A stretch of DNA of 64,000 nt from Nitrospirota bacterium (GTDB taxonomy: Bacteria > Nitrospirota > Thermodesulfovibrionia > Thermodesulfovibrionales > Dissulfurispiraceae), in assembly GCA_040754455.1 (NCBI GenBank), contig JBFMCP010000001.1, forward strand, positions 192,001-256,000, in the 5' to 3' direction. Each line of letters opens with the position of its first letter. Position 1 is the stretch's first letter. This document shows, one piece after another, positions 36,501-46,648 of this stretch. Below the pieces are notes generated by a model. The model did not search any database. It had not been told where the DNA came from and saw only the letters and a list, made by a program, of their open reading frames with translations. Made by a program: the position numbers and the translations under genes.

Positions 36501-38078
36501 ATGGAATTAACGACAGGGAAAAAAGTACTTATGACCGGCAACGAGGCTATAGGCCGCGGAGCCATCGAGGCGGGTATTTCTTTTGCAAGCAGCTACCCCG
36601 GCACCCCGTCCACGGATATCCTCGAATATCTCGCAAAAAACTTCTCCGGTCCTGCCCAGTGGGCGATCAATGAGAAGGTTGCCCTCGAAACCGCTATAGG
36701 GGCATCTTATGCAGGCAAGCGCGCCGTCTGCTCCATGAAGCATGTGGGAGTAAACGTAGCCGCCGATCCCCTTATGACCGCCGCGTATCTCGGCACAAAA
36801 GGAGGGCTGGTGCTCGTGGTTGCCGATGATCCCGGTGCCTACTCCTCGCAGAACGAGCAGGACACGCGCTTCTTCGCGCGCTTTGCAAAAGTGCCCTGTC
36901 TCGAGCCGAGCGACGCACAGGAGGCGAAAGACATGATGCTGCTCGCCTTCGATCTCTCCGAAAAGATGGAGATGCCGGTCATTCTCAGAACGCTCACCAG
37001 AGTATCCCATGCCCTTTCTCAGGTAACGATTGGAGACATACGGCCGCAGAATCCGCTCTCGGTCGAAAAGAATCCCGCAAAGATGCTCGCCGTCCCTACC
37101 AATGTCGTCCGCTGCCACAAGGCTTTGAATCAGAAGCAGCTGGAGTTGAAGAAATGGTCCGAGAACTCGGGATTGAACAGGGTTGTCGGAGGGGGCAGCA
37201 AAAAGGCGATAATCGCCTGCGGCATCGCCTATACCTACGCACGGGAATACGGCAATGCCTACGACGTGCTGAAGATTTCGAGCTATCCCTTCTCCGAAAC
37301 CATCATCGATGAGTTCGTACACGGCCGTGAAGAAGTCTGGGTCCTTGAGGAAGGCTATCCCTTCGTGGAAGAAATCGCGAGGAAATACTCCACAAAGGTG
37401 AAAGGCAAGATCTCCGGCGAACTCCCCGCAGAGGGCGAGCTGGGGCCGGATGCAATGGCGAAATACGTCCCCGGCTGGAACGACGGCGGCAGCACAGCTG
37501 CGGCAACCGGCCCCTTGCCGATGCGGCCTCCCGTGATGTGCCCCGGCTGCCCCCATAGAGAGCTCTACAAGGCTCTGGTTGCGGCAAAGCCGGCCTTCAC
37601 CGCAGGAGATATTGGTTGTTACACCCTCGGCGCCGCCCCGCCCCTTGCTGCACTGGACACCTGCCTCTGCATGGGCGCGAGCATCAGCAAAGCGGCAGGC
37701 ATGTCGTTCCTGGGAGTACAGCGGATCGCTGCAGTGATCGGTGATTCCACCTTCCTGCATTCGGGAGTCCCCGCGCTGATCAGCGCCGTCTACAATAAAG
37801 CGAATATCCTGGTCATCATCATGGACAACGAATCAACAGCCATGACCGGCCACCAGCCGACACCGCTGACCGGCTACACCGCCAAAGGAGAGAGGGGCGG
37901 CAAGGTCTCGCTTGAAGAAATCTGCAAGGCCTGCGGCGTCGATTCGGTAACGGTGCTCAACCCCTACAAGGTCGAAGAAAACACACCGGTGATAAAGGAA
38001 AAACTGGATGCGCCTGGCGTAAACGTTATCATCTCCTGCAGCCCCTGCATTCTATCGGCGAAGAAAACGAAGAAATAG
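36501..38078 (+). CDS. iorA: Indolepyruvate:ferredoxin oxidoreductase alpha subunit (short form, no C-terminal ferredoxin domain)
   Basis: GNEAI, YPGTPS, NEKVALE, MKHVG.NVAAD, SSQNEQD, CPGCPH, GDIGCYTL, GDSTFLHSG, AMTGHQP. Confidence 0.9.
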   Translation: MELTTGKKVLMTGNEAIGRGAIEAGISFASSYPGTPSTDILEYLAKNFSGPAQWAINEKVALETAIGASYAGKRAVCSMKHVGVNVAADPLMTAAYLGTKGGLVLVVADDPGAYSSQNEQDTRFFARFAKVPCLEPSDAQEAKDMMLLAFDLSEKMEMPVILRTLTRVSHALSQVTIGDIRPQNPLSVEKNPAKMLAVPTNVVRCHKALNQKQLELKKWSENSGLNRVVGGGSKKAIIACGIAYTYAREYGNAYDVLKISSYPFSETIIDEFVHGREEVWVLEEGYPFVEEIARKYSTKVKGKISGELPAEGELGPDAMAKYVPGWNDGGSTAAATGPLPMRPPVMCPGCPHRELYKALVAAKPAFTAGDIGCYTLGAAPPLAALDTCLCMGASISKAAGMSFLGVQRIAAVIGDSTFLHSGVPALISAVYNKANILVIIMDNESTAMTGHQPTPLTGYTAKGERGGKVSLEEICKACGVDSVTVLNPYKVEENTPVIKEKLDAPGVNVIISCSPCILSAKKTKK

Positions 38079-38099
38079 AAAACTATTTTCAGCAACCGC

Positions 38100-38132
38100 A
38101 AAAGAGCCCTGCAGAAAAAGCAGGGCTCTTTT
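38100..38132 (+). terminator. Intrinsic terminator after iorA
   Basis: AAAAGAGCCCTGC AGAAAAA GCAGGGCTCTTTT. Confidence 0.8.
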
Positions 38133-38290
38133 GCGGTTTGCCGCCTTCACAGGAATCAGCGCACCGCTATTGTTGCCGATTTTTGTACATATGTTGCTTT
38201 TCCTTATTCGAATTTCAGTCAGTTCGGGGAAGATGTCAATATACAGAGGCTTCCGCGCTTGCTTCGAACCCCGGTCGCTTTATTTTTATG

Positions 38291-38319
38291 TTGACAATTC
38301 TGCAACGATTGTTTAATAT
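38291..38319 (+). promoter_or_regulatory. Sigma70-like promoter of the DUF262 gene
   Basis: TTGACA-N17-TAATAT. Confidence 0.55.
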
Positions 38320-38366
38320 TTCTTGGCTTCGTTAATCGGCCAATTACATCACGGGGGAGTGAAATT

Positions 38367-39557
38367 ATGAAAAAGCCGCTCAGTTGGTTTCTGGATGTGC
38401 ACCGGTACGGGCAGTTGGATTTGGAGCCGCCCTACCAGAGAAGAAGCGTATGGACCCTCAAGGACAGAAAGTTTTTCCTCGACACCGTCTTCCGGAAGTA
38501 TCCCTGCCCAGCCGTTTTCCTGCATAAGGATATCAACTACGAAGCGGGAAAGATGAACTACCATGTCGTCGACGGAAAGCAGCGGCTCGAAACCGTCATT
38601 CTCTTTTTCCAGAACGAGCTCGCCATCGACCCGAGCTACGGCGACCCCAAGCTGAACGGAAAGAAATGGAAGGACATAGAGAACGATCCCGACCTCAAGA
38701 CAGCATTTCTCAATTACGAGTTGACCGTTGAGTACATCGATACCAACGACAAGTACGTGATCAACGAAGTATTCGAGCGCCTCAACAGGACCTCGCGGAA
38801 GCTCGAGCGCCAGGAACTGAGACACGCCAAGTACGACGGCTGGTTCATCAATATAGCGGAGAGGGAGGCGGAAAAAGAGGAATGGGAGCGCCTCGGCATC
38901 GTGACCAAGGCGCGGATGAGGAGAATGAAGGATGTCCAGTGCGTCTCCGAGCTCCTTGCCGTGCTGCTGAAGAACCGTATTTTCAGCTTCAACCAGGAAG
39001 CATTGGATATTATTTGCGCCGAATATGATTCGCCCCACGAGACGTTTTCCGACTTCGATGAACAGGAATTCCTGAGCAAGCTTGTCTCCACCAAAGAGTA
39101 TATCTTGAGAATGGAGGATCATAATAAAGCCGTTTCGAAATATGCGAAGGGCTTCAACGACTTCTACAGCTTATGGACCTTTGTCGCGCTCAATCAGGAC
39201 CGCCTGGATGCTCCCGAGATCATTGCGGAGAAATATGCGGAATTCATGAAAAAGGTGGCAACACTCGTAAAGATAAAGGATATGAAGCTCCTGAGAGAGT
39301 ATGAAAACGGCTCCTATCCCGATGCGTACACCTATCTGAAGAATTCCGGCCATGCGAGCACCGACCAGCTCCAGAGAGAAACAAGGAATGCCATCCTCGA
39401 GAGCAATCTTCTCGCCACGCCGATCCGGAACAGCGTCGCGGCTCCGCTCCTGGATGAAGTGAAGGTGGTTGAGCACCCGGTAGCGCCGGTATATTTATCG
39501 CCCACCGGGTTCGTTGAGGAAAGCGGCAACGGCAAGCATCAGAATGCGTTTCTGTAG
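38367..39557 (+). CDS. DUF262 (GmrSD N-terminal, ParB/Srx-like) domain protein
   Basis: PPYQRRSVW, VVDGKQRL, VFERLN motifs. No HNH/DUF1524 motif seen. Confidence 0.85.
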   Translation: MKKPLSWFLDVHRYGQLDLEPPYQRRSVWTLKDRKFFLDTVFRKYPCPAVFLHKDINYEAGKMNYHVVDGKQRLETVILFFQNELAIDPSYGDPKLNGKKWKDIENDPDLKTAFLNYELTVEYIDTNDKYVINEVFERLNRTSRKLERQELRHAKYDGWFINIAEREAEKEEWERLGIVTKARMRRMKDVQCVSELLAVLLKNRIFSFNQEALDIICAEYDSPHETFSDFDEQEFLSKLVSTKEYILRMEDHNKAVSKYAKGFNDFYSLWTFVALNQDRLDAPEIIAEKYAEFMKKVATLVKIKDMKLLREYENGSYPDAYTYLKNSGHASTDQLQRETRNAILESNLLATPIRNSVAAPLLDEVKVVEHPVAPVYLSPTGFVEESGNGKHQNAFL

Positions 39558-39585
39558 GCGGTAAAAGAGCACCTCCCCCAGGATA

Positions 39586-39625
39586 AAAGGGGACACGTCC
39601 TCACCCATCAGGGCGTGTCCCCTTT
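39586..39625 (+). terminator. Intrinsic terminator
   Basis: AAAGGGGACACGTCC...GGGCGTGTCCCCTTT. Confidence 0.75.
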
Positions 39626-39770
39626 GTGTTTCAAAATGGGCGTCGACGTATAGACATCTTTAATAGCACTATAAAATAAGCTCATCTTTCTTGACTTGCC
39701 CTGCGAAATATATTATTTTGAAAGAACGATACGGCGTATACTTTTCACTATAGAGAGGGAGGCAAAGGGT

Positions 39771-39977
39771 ATGACGACAAAGAATGCATTCAACTGGGTA
39801 ACCATCATTTCGACGATCTATCTCATCCTGGCGGGCATCGGGAGCGCGACGACCGTGCGGGACAACCTTATCAACCACAGCGGGTGGGTCATCGTCAGCT
39901 ATGTGGCAACCGGGGCAATATTCGTCGTTATTTCGATTATTATCATTCAGCAGTATTTTTCAGCTTTTAAAAAGTAA
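39771..39977 (+). CDS. Small two-TM hypothetical membrane protein (68 aa)
   Basis: RBS GGGAGG, promoter-like TTGACT-N17-TATTTT at 39691, two hydrophobic helices. Confidence 0.6.
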   Translation: MTTKNAFNWVTIISTIYLILAGIGSATTVRDNLINHSGWVIVSYVATGAIFVVISIIIIQQYFSAFKK

Positions 39978-40000
39978 TTACCGCTGATCGAGCCTTATGA

Positions 40001-40042
40001 CAAAAAGAGGACAAGGCAACCACCGCCTTGCCCTCTTTTGTT
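40001..40042. terminator. Bidirectional terminator
   Basis: CAAAAAGAGGACAAGGC...GCCTTGCCCTCTTTTG. Confidence 0.75.
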
Positions 40043-40051
40043 ATTATCCCG

Positions 40052-40483
40052 CTACAGCTTGTAGACCTCTTTGGCACTCAGCATGTTGATGCCGGCTTTC
40101 TTCAATGCCTTGATACCGGCATTGACATTCTCGGTGCGGAGGACGACCACCGCTTTTTCACCCTTCTTTTCCACAAAAGCGTACATGTACTCCACGTTGA
40201 GGTCGGCGTTGTTGAGCGCCCTGAGCACCTCGGCGAGTCCGCCAGGTCGGTCCGAAACCTCGACGGCGATCACCTCGTTCTCTCCTACGGTGAACTTATT
40301 TTTCTCAAGGACTTTTTTCGCCTTGTCGGGGTCAGGGACAATCAGCCGGAGAATGCCGAATTCGGAAGTGTCGGCGATCGAGAGCGCACGGATGTTGATC
40401 TTTGCCTTGCCGAGGACTTCCAGCGCTTCCTGGAGCCTTCCTTTCCTGTTCTCCAAGAATATCGATATCTGCTGAACTTTCAT
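40052..40483 (-). CDS. Tandem ACT-domain protein (Bt0572-like)
   Basis: [44 protein letters not shown]. Confidence 0.9.
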   Translation of the reverse strand: MKVQQISIFLENRKGRLQEALEVLGKAKINIRALSIADTSEFGILRLIVPDPDKAKKVLEKNKFTVGENEVIAVEVSDRPGGLAEVLRALNNADLNVEYMYAFVEKKGEKAVVVLRTENVNAGIKALKKAGINMLSAKEVYKL

Positions 40484-40500
40484 GTTTTTTCTCCTTTCAA

Positions 40501-40590
40501 AAACCGCAATCCGTAACGGGTAATGCGTGATCGGTAACGGATTAATGAGTTTTATTTCTTTTGTATTTTACTCATCACGCGCTACGGTTT
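40501..40590. repeat. Heptamer-periodic inverted repeat (GTAACGG class)
   Basis: GTAACGG GTAATGC GTGATCG GTAACGG ... TTACTCA TCACGCG CTACGGT. Confidence 0.7.
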
Positions 40591-41889
40591 TTACAATTGC
40601 CGCTGGTCGAAGACCCTCTTCGCCTTCCCCTCGCTGCGCGGGAGGCTCTTGGGCTCAACGAGCGTTACCTTGACGCGCAGCCCGATAGCTTCGTCAATCG
40701 CCTTCTCCAGCTTCTTCCTGAGCTCCTCGAGGTGTTTGATTTCATCGGAGAAGACCTTCTTCGAAACCTCGACCTTCACTTCGACCTCGTCGAGGTGGTG
40801 CGGACGCGTTACATAAATCTGATAGTGCGGCTCGATCCCTTTCACCGAGAGGAGCGCCTTCTCGATCTTGGAAGGGAAAACGATAACCCCCCTGACCTTG
40901 AGCATATCATCGCTGCGGCCGGTGACCCTGTCCATTTTCACAAGGGTCCTGCCGCACGGGCACTGCCCCTTCTTCAGCGAGGTGATGTCCTTCGTCCTGA
41001 AGCGGATAACCGGCATGCCCTCGCGGGTCAGCGTGGTCAGCACCAGTTCGCCTTTCTCTCCCTCCGGAAGAGGCTCCAGCGTCTCGGGAGAAATAATTTC
41101 GGGATAGAAATGGTCTTCGGCGATATGCGATCCGGTCTTGTCCATGCATTCCTGGGCAACGCCGGGACCGATGATCTCGGTGAGGCCGTATATATTCAGC
41201 GCATCGAGCTTGAGGCGCCGCTCGATCTCCTGCCGCATTCGCTCGGTCCACATCTCTGCGCCGAAGACCCCTGCCTTCAATTTAATCTTCTTCTTGGCAA
41301 CGCCCTCTTCCTCGATCGCTTCTGCCAAGTACAATGCATAGGAAGGCGTACAGGTGAGGATCGTCGTACCGAAGTCAGCCATGATCTGTATCTGCCGCTT
41401 CGTCTGTCCCGCTGATACGGGGACGACGGTGGCGCCGATCTTCTGCGCTCCATAGTGCACGCCGAGTCCGCCGGTGAAGAGGCCGTAGCCGTAGCCGTTC
41501 TGGATGAGATCGCCCCTGGTCGTGCCGGCCATGGTCAATGCGCGTGCAACCACTTCGCCCCAGAGATCGATATCATTGCGCGTATAGCCCACAACCACCG
41601 GGGTGCCGGTGGTCCCTGACGAACTGTGTACTTCGACGATCTCCGTGCCCGGGACAGCGAACATGCCGAAGGGATAGACTTCTCTGAGATCAGCCTTCTC
41701 GGTGAAGGGAATCTTCTTTATGTCAGCCAGGGTCTTAATATCGGAAGGCTTGAATTTTGCGCTGTTGAATCGTTTTTTGTAGAAAGGAACTTTTTCATAG
41801 GCGTACGTTACAATCGCCTGCAGCCGTCCGAGCTGCAGACTCTCCCTCTCCTTTGCGGTCATACATTCCGCTTTCTTGTCCCAGATCAT
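40591..41889 (-). CDS. paaK: Phenylacetate-CoA ligase
   Basis: [55 protein letters not shown]. Confidence 0.92.
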   Translation of the reverse strand: MIWDKKAECMTAKERESLQLGRLQAIVTYAYEKVPFYKKRFNSAKFKPSDIKTLADIKKIPFTEKADLREVYPFGMFAVPGTEIVEVHSSSGTTGTPVVVGYTRNDIDLWGEVVARALTMAGTTRGDLIQNGYGYGLFTGGLGVHYGAQKIGATVVPVSAGQTKRQIQIMADFGTTILTCTPSYALYLAEAIEEEGVAKKKIKLKAGVFGAEMWTERMRQEIERRLKLDALNIYGLTEIIGPGVAQECMDKTGSHIAEDHFYPEIISPETLEPLPEGEKGELVLTTLTREGMPVIRFRTKDITSLKKGQCPCGRTLVKMDRVTGRSDDMLKVRGVIVFPSKIEKALLSVKGIEPHYQIYVTRPHHLDEVEVKVEVSKKVFSDEIKHLEELRKKLEKAIDEAIGLRVKVTLVEPKSLPRSEGKAKRVFDQRQL

Positions 41890-41924
41890 GGCTCCACTCC
41901 TTAACATGAACAGAAATTTATGGT

Positions 41925-42335
41925 CTAATAGAAACGGATATTTTCGCCTTTCAAACGTTCTTTCGCTTCTTTTACATCTTCTACTTCGACAATCAAAAAG
42001 GCCTTGTTTCTCGATTCACCGACGAGGACATGGACATTTTCGACATTGATGGCGTGCTTGCCGAGAGCCCTGACAACCTCATAGAGCATGCCGGGCCGGT
42101 CTTCAAGCTCGATGCCCAGCACCTCGTTGAGCGATACGGTAAAGCCTTTCCCCTTGAGGCTCGTATAGGCCTGGTCGGTCCTGTCCACGATGAATTTTAT
42201 GACGCCGTAATCGCCGATGCTCGAGATATAGATGGCGAGGATATTGACGCCTTCGTCGGCAAAGACCTTGGTGATCTTTTCGAGCCTGCCCGGCTTGTTC
42301 TCTGCAAAGACCGACAGCTGCCGCAATTCGCCCAT
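41925..42335 (-). CDS. Tandem ACT-domain protein
   Basis: [18 protein letters not shown]. Paralog of 40052..40483. Confidence 0.88.
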   Translation of the reverse strand: MGELRQLSVFAENKPGRLEKITKVFADEGVNILAIYISSIGDYGVIKFIVDRTDQAYTSLKGKGFTVSLNEVLGIELEDRPGMLYEVVRALGKHAINVENVHVLVGESRNKAFLIVEVEDVKEAKERLKGENIRFY

Positions 42336-42355
42336 ACACTACCTCCTTAACGAGG

Positions 42356-42433
42356 AAATTCCACATTTAAAATCCCAAGCTTTCAGAGAAATCCGAATTC
42401 TTTTTGGAATTTGATGTTTGGAATTCGGAGTTT
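42356..42433. repeat. Heptamer-periodic inverted repeat (AAATTCC class)
   Basis: AAATTCC ACATTTA AAATCCC ... TGGAATT TGATGTT TGGAATT CGGAGTT T. Confidence 0.65.
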
Positions 42434-42437
42434 CACA

Positions 42438-43730
42438 CTATAGCGTTCTATTGTCAATCACCCGTTTGGCCTTGCCTTCGAAGACCGGCAGTGTGCCGGG
42501 TTCGTGGAGCTCGACCTTCGGCTTCACCAGAATCTCGTTCTTCAGCAGATCGGTGATCCGGTTCTGGAGCTTCACCAGGTGCGTCACATTGCCGTCGAAG
42601 AGGTCCCGTTCGATCTCAACCTGTACGGTCATGTGGTCAAGAGACTCGAGAATGATCTGGTAATTCTGCGCAACGCCCTTGACGCTCATAAGGATATTCT
42701 CGATCTGCTGCGGGAAGATGTTGACGCCTTTTACAATGAACATGTCGTCGGTACGGCCGAAGATACGGTTGATCCTCCGGTGCGTCCGGCCACAGGAGCA
42801 TGCCTCGGGAATAACTGCGGTGAGGTCCCTCGTCCGGTACCTGAGGATGGGCATGCCCTCCCTGCAGAGCGACGTAAGGACAATCTCGCCCTTCTCGCCG
42901 TCGGCAACCGGCTCGCCGGTCTCGGGATTAATGATTTCGAGGAGGAAGTTGTCTTCCCAGAGATGCATTCCCTCCTTGCCTTCGCATTCGAAAGCGACAC
43001 CGGGGCCGTTCATCTCGGAAAGGCCGTAGGAATTGTAGACGTCGATGCCGTAGAACTGCTCGATCTTCCTCCTCGTCTCTTCGGAATAGGGCTCGGCGCC
43101 CATATAGGCCCTTTTCAACGACAGGTCTCTCTGGGGAACAATGCCCTTCTTGATGAGCACATCGGCGAGATACAGGGCATAGCTGGGGGTTATATGAATG
43201 GCGGTCGTCTTGAAGTCCTGCATCAGAGTGATCTGGCGGTCCGTGTTTCCCGGGCCTGCAGGGACGATCAGAATGCCGACCTTCTCGGCGCCGTAATGCA
43301 TGACCAGAGCGCCGGTGAAGAGTCCGTAGGTCATCATGTTCTGGAGTACATCGTTCTTTCTCATTCCCGTCATGACAAGGCAGCGGGCGATAAGATTGGC
43401 ACCGTTATCGATATCGTTTTTCGTAAAGAAAATCGCCTTGGGCTTACCGGTTGTGCCGCTGGAGGTGTGGACACGGACGATCTCCTCCCGCGGGACGGCA
43501 AGCAGGCCAAAGGGGTAGTTGGCGAGCAGGTCCTCCTTGGTGGTGAAGGGGACCTTCCGGGCATCGGCCAGCGTTTTTATATCGTCGGGCTTGACGCCCT
43601 TTTCGTCGAAACGGCTGCGATAAAAGGGCACCTTCTCGTAAACACGCCGCACGGTCTCCTGCAGCCGCCGGAGTTGGAGCTCTTCAAGTTGTCTGCGGCC
43701 TATGGTTTCAAACTCTTCCTGCCAGAACAT
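42438..43730 (-). CDS. paaK: Phenylacetate-CoA ligase family protein (second paralog)
   Basis: HTSSGTTGKP, MMTYGLFTG, TPSY, GAEP, SYGLSEMNGPG, RYRTRD, GKAKRV. Confidence 0.9.
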   Translation of the reverse strand: MFWQEEFETIGRRQLEELQLRRLQETVRRVYEKVPFYRSRFDEKGVKPDDIKTLADARKVPFTTKEDLLANYPFGLLAVPREEIVRVHTSSGTTGKPKAIFFTKNDIDNGANLIARCLVMTGMRKNDVLQNMMTYGLFTGALVMHYGAEKVGILIVPAGPGNTDRQITLMQDFKTTAIHITPSYALYLADVLIKKGIVPQRDLSLKRAYMGAEPYSEETRRKIEQFYGIDVYNSYGLSEMNGPGVAFECEGKEGMHLWEDNFLLEIINPETGEPVADGEKGEIVLTSLCREGMPILRYRTRDLTAVIPEACSCGRTHRRINRIFGRTDDMFIVKGVNIFPQQIENILMSVKGVAQNYQIILESLDHMTVQVEIERDLFDGNVTHLVKLQNRITDLLKNEILVKPKVELHEPGTLPVFEGKAKRVIDNRTL

Positions 43731-43731
43731 C

Positions 43732-44313
43732 TTACTTCTTCGAGCTGATCGCTCGTCCTTTCTCAAAAGCGCTGAGATTCATATCGATGAATTTCGCAGG
43801 GACCGATTCCCGTATGGTCTGTTCCCATATTGAGATCGGGAAGGGGAGATAAGTGGAGAGGGTGCCGACGAGCACGATGTTCTCGGCCTTTGGCGTGCCT
43901 GCCTGTTTCGCCAGTTCAAGCGCATCCAGGGAGTCTACTTGGAAGCCCATTCCGGAAAGCCGGGCCACGGCATCTTCGGGATAGGGAGTAGCGGCATTAA
44001 TATTCGGCGGCGGCACTTTTCGCAAATTCAGGATAATCCTGCTCTTGGGCTTGAGAAAATAGGAATACCGCAGGCCTTCCAGCTCTTCCATGGCGACCAG
44101 AAACTCTGCCTTCCCCACTGGAATGAGCGGTGAAAAGACCTCATCGCCAAAACGGACATGGCTGATGACGCTCCCCCCCCGCTGCGCCATACCGTGCAAC
44201 TCGCTCTCCTTAACCATATGACCGGCATTGGACGCACAGCGTGCCACGAGCCTGCTGGCGAGGATAATGCCCTGGCCTCCTACCCCTGCAAAGAGGATAT
44301 TGACCGTTTCCAT
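43732..44313 (-). CDS. iorB: Indolepyruvate:ferredoxin oxidoreductase beta subunit
   Basis: GVGGQG, SELHGMAQRGGSV.SHVR, N..AFE.G. Confidence 0.92.
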   Translation of the reverse strand: METVNILFAGVGGQGIILASRLVARCASNAGHMVKESELHGMAQRGGSVISHVRFGDEVFSPLIPVGKAEFLVAMEELEGLRYSYFLKPKSRIILNLRKVPPPNINAATPYPEDAVARLSGMGFQVDSLDALELAKQAGTPKAENIVLVGTLSTYLPFPISIWEQTIRESVPAKFIDMNLSAFEKGRAISSKK

Positions 44314-44365
44314 TAGTACCTTCTTATCTTGTTATTAAGCGCTAATACTAAATTAGGCTGAAAGC

Positions 44366-44398
44366 GTGATTTTATCACAGATCAAAAATTTGCTGCAA
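44366..44398 (-). promoter_or_regulatory. Promoter of the iorB-paaK-ACT operon with overlapping palindrome
   Basis: TTGCAG-N18-TAAAAT with extended TG. Palindrome GTGAT-TTT-ATCAC covers the -10. Confidence 0.45.
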
Positions 44399-44412
44399 AC
44401 AGAGCCCCCCAC

Positions 44413-45489
44413 TCATGAAGATTGCTGCTTCCCCGCTACAAGTTCCTCAATTGCCTTCAGGAAGACATCCATCTCTTCGTCCGTTCCGATACTCACCCTG
44501 AGATAGTTGTCGATCCTCGGCGCGTTGAAATAGCGCACCAGAATGCCCTTCTCCCTCAATTGCCGGAGCAGTGCACCTGCAGGGACTTTCGGATGGCTGA
44601 TGAAGACGAAGTTGGCCTGTGACGATGTTATAATAAAACCTATTTCTCTCAAGCGCGCAGCTACGCGCTCCCTCGTCTGTTTGATCTTTGCAGTAGTCTC
44701 TTCGAAGTAGGCGCGGTCCCTCATGGCTGCAGCGGCTCCGGCAAGAGCGAGACGGTCCAGCGTATAGGCATTGATGCAATTTTTGACCCGGTCGAGCCCC
44801 TGGATCAGCTCTCTCTGCCCGAGGGCAAAGCCCACACGGAGGCCCGCCAGCGCACGGGATTTGGAGAAGGTCTGCGTCACCAGGAGATTCGGATACTCTC
44901 GGATGAGACGCGCTGCCGACGGCCCTGCAAAATCGATATACGCTTCATCGATAATCACAACGTGCTCTTTATTGTTGTCGAGAATACTCCTGATCGCATC
45001 GAGCGGCAGATAGATGCCGGTCGGCGCGTTCGGATTGGGAATGATGATGCCGCCGTTTTCTCTGAAAAAACCCTCGACCGGTATCGTGAAATCTGCTGAA
45101 AGGGGGACCGTCTTGTGATCGATACGAAACAGGCCGGCAATCGTCGGATAAAAGGTATAGGTAACATCGGGAAGGAGAATCGGGCTGCCGGGATTGAAAA
45201 AAGCTGGCAATGCAAAGGCCAGCACCTCGTCGGAGCTGTTCCCTACGAATACCTCATCGATGCTCAGATCATAATACTCTGCGATAGCGGTCCTGAGCTC
45301 CCTGCACTCAGGATCAGGGTACAGCCGCAGCCGTTCGTTTGCGGTGCTCTTTATGGCATCGATTACCCGCGGCGAGGGGGGATAGGGGTTCTCATTGGTG
45401 TTCAGCTTTATGTAGGTCCTGCCGGTCGGCTGCTCCCCCGCTACATAAGGCACGATGGTTCGCGCAAGATCGCTCCAGTATCTGCTCAC
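44413..45489 (-). CDS. hisC: Histidinol-phosphate aminotransferase, second paralog
   Basis: YVAGEQP, KLNTNENPYPPS, NPNAPTG, DEAY, TFSKSRALAGLRVG. Confidence 0.9.
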   Translation of the reverse strand: MSRYWSDLARTIVPYVAGEQPTGRTYIKLNTNENPYPPSPRVIDAIKSTANERLRLYPDPECRELRTAIAEYYDLSIDEVFVGNSSDEVLAFALPAFFNPGSPILLPDVTYTFYPTIAGLFRIDHKTVPLSADFTIPVEGFFRENGGIIIPNPNAPTGIYLPLDAIRSILDNNKEHVVIIDEAYIDFAGPSAARLIREYPNLLVTQTFSKSRALAGLRVGFALGQRELIQGLDRVKNCINAYTLDRLALAGAAAAMRDRAYFEETTAKIKQTRERVAARLREIGFIITSSQANFVFISHPKVPAGALLRQLREKGILVRYFNAPRIDNYLRVSIGTDEEMDVFLKAIEELVAGKQQSS

Positions 45490-45510
45490 GTTTGGCAGTC
45501 CTTTTGCGTG

Positions 45511-46527
45511 CTACAAATATCTTCCCACTGCCAGTGCAATCGTCTTCATCTCACCCATGAGCGTTACGAACTGGGCGGGATTTAAAGACTGCGCACCGTC
45601 GCAGAGGGCCTTTTCAGGCTCGGGATGAACCTCGATAATAAGGCCGTCGGCGCCGACCGCTATCGCTGCTTTAGACAATGCGGGAACGTACTGAACATGT
45701 CCGGCGGCATGGCTCGGGTCGATGATAATGGGCAGATGGGATTTCGCCTTGACCACCGGCACACAACTGATATCGAGGGTGCTTCTCGTTGCGGTCTCGA
45801 AGGTCCTTATGCCTCTCTCGCAGAGCACAACGCTCCTGTTGCCTTCAGAGAGGATATATTCGGTAGCCATGAGAAACTCGTCGATCGTCGTGGACATCCC
45901 CCGCTTGAGCAGCACCGGTTTTTTCGTCTGCCCCAGCAATGAGAGAAGCGCAAAATTCTGAATGTTCCGCGCGCCGACCTGGAACATATCGGCGTATTTA
46001 TACACCAGATCGATATCCTTCGGATTCACCACTTCGGTGACGACGGGAAGGCCCGTCGCCTCCCGCGCCTTTGCCAGGTATTTGAGGCCTTCTTCTCCGA
46101 GACCCTGGAAGGCATAGGGGCTGGTCCTCGGCTTGAACGCGCCGCCCCGCAACATCTTCGCGCCCGCGGACTTCACCTGCTCGGCGACCTTGATCATCTG
46201 GGTTTCGCTCTCCACCGAGCAGGGCCCGGCGATCACGACGATCTCTTCGCCGCCGATCTTGACGCCCGATACATCTACCACAGAGGCTTCCCGTTTTACC
46301 TCTTTGCTCGCAAGCTTATAGGGCTTTGATATGGGAACGATCCGGTCGACGCCTTCAAAGTCCTCCAGAATGTTGACCTCGTCCCGGTTGCCGCCTACGC
46401 CGACGAGACCGACAACGTTCCGTTCCTTTCCGTAAATAACGTGCGGGGTAAAACCGAGTTCCTCCGCCTTTTTGCAGACCAGTTTAAGGTCCTCTTCGGT
46501 AGCTCCCATCTTCATTACGACAATCAT
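45511..46527 (-). CDS. aroF: DAHP synthase type I-beta, second paralog
   Basis: [43 protein letters not shown]. Confidence 0.93.
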   Translation of the reverse strand: MIVVMKMGATEEDLKLVCKKAEELGFTPHVIYGKERNVVGLVGVGGNRDEVNILEDFEGVDRIVPISKPYKLASKEVKREASVVDVSGVKIGGEEIVVIAGPCSVESETQMIKVAEQVKSAGAKMLRGGAFKPRTSPYAFQGLGEEGLKYLAKAREATGLPVVTEVVNPKDIDLVYKYADMFQVGARNIQNFALLSLLGQTKKPVLLKRGMSTTIDEFLMATEYILSEGNRSVVLCERGIRTFETATRSTLDISCVPVVKAKSHLPIIIDPSHAAGHVQYVPALSKAAIAVGADGLIIEVHPEPEKALCDGAQSLNPAQFVTLMGEMKTIALAVGRYL

Positions 46528-46544
46528 GGCACCTCACCTCGATA

Positions 46545-46648
46545 AAAATTTAAATTCAAATTCCAGACACCAAACTCTAAACAAATCCAAAAATTCCGAT
46601 TTTCATTTGAATTTGTTTAGAATTTCGGATTTGGAGTTGAGGATTTTT
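46545..46648. repeat. Heptamer-periodic inverted repeat overlapping the paaI stop
   Basis: AAATTCC AGACACC AAACTCT AAACAAAT ... ATTTGTT TAGAATT TCGGATT TGGAGTT GAGGATT. Confidence 0.75.

Noticed and set aside
38245..38280. tRNA 3' fragment or att site (CTTCGAACCCCGG) before the DUF262 gene
   Set aside because: No proper T-stem, acceptor strand or CCA, and no integrase or second copy.
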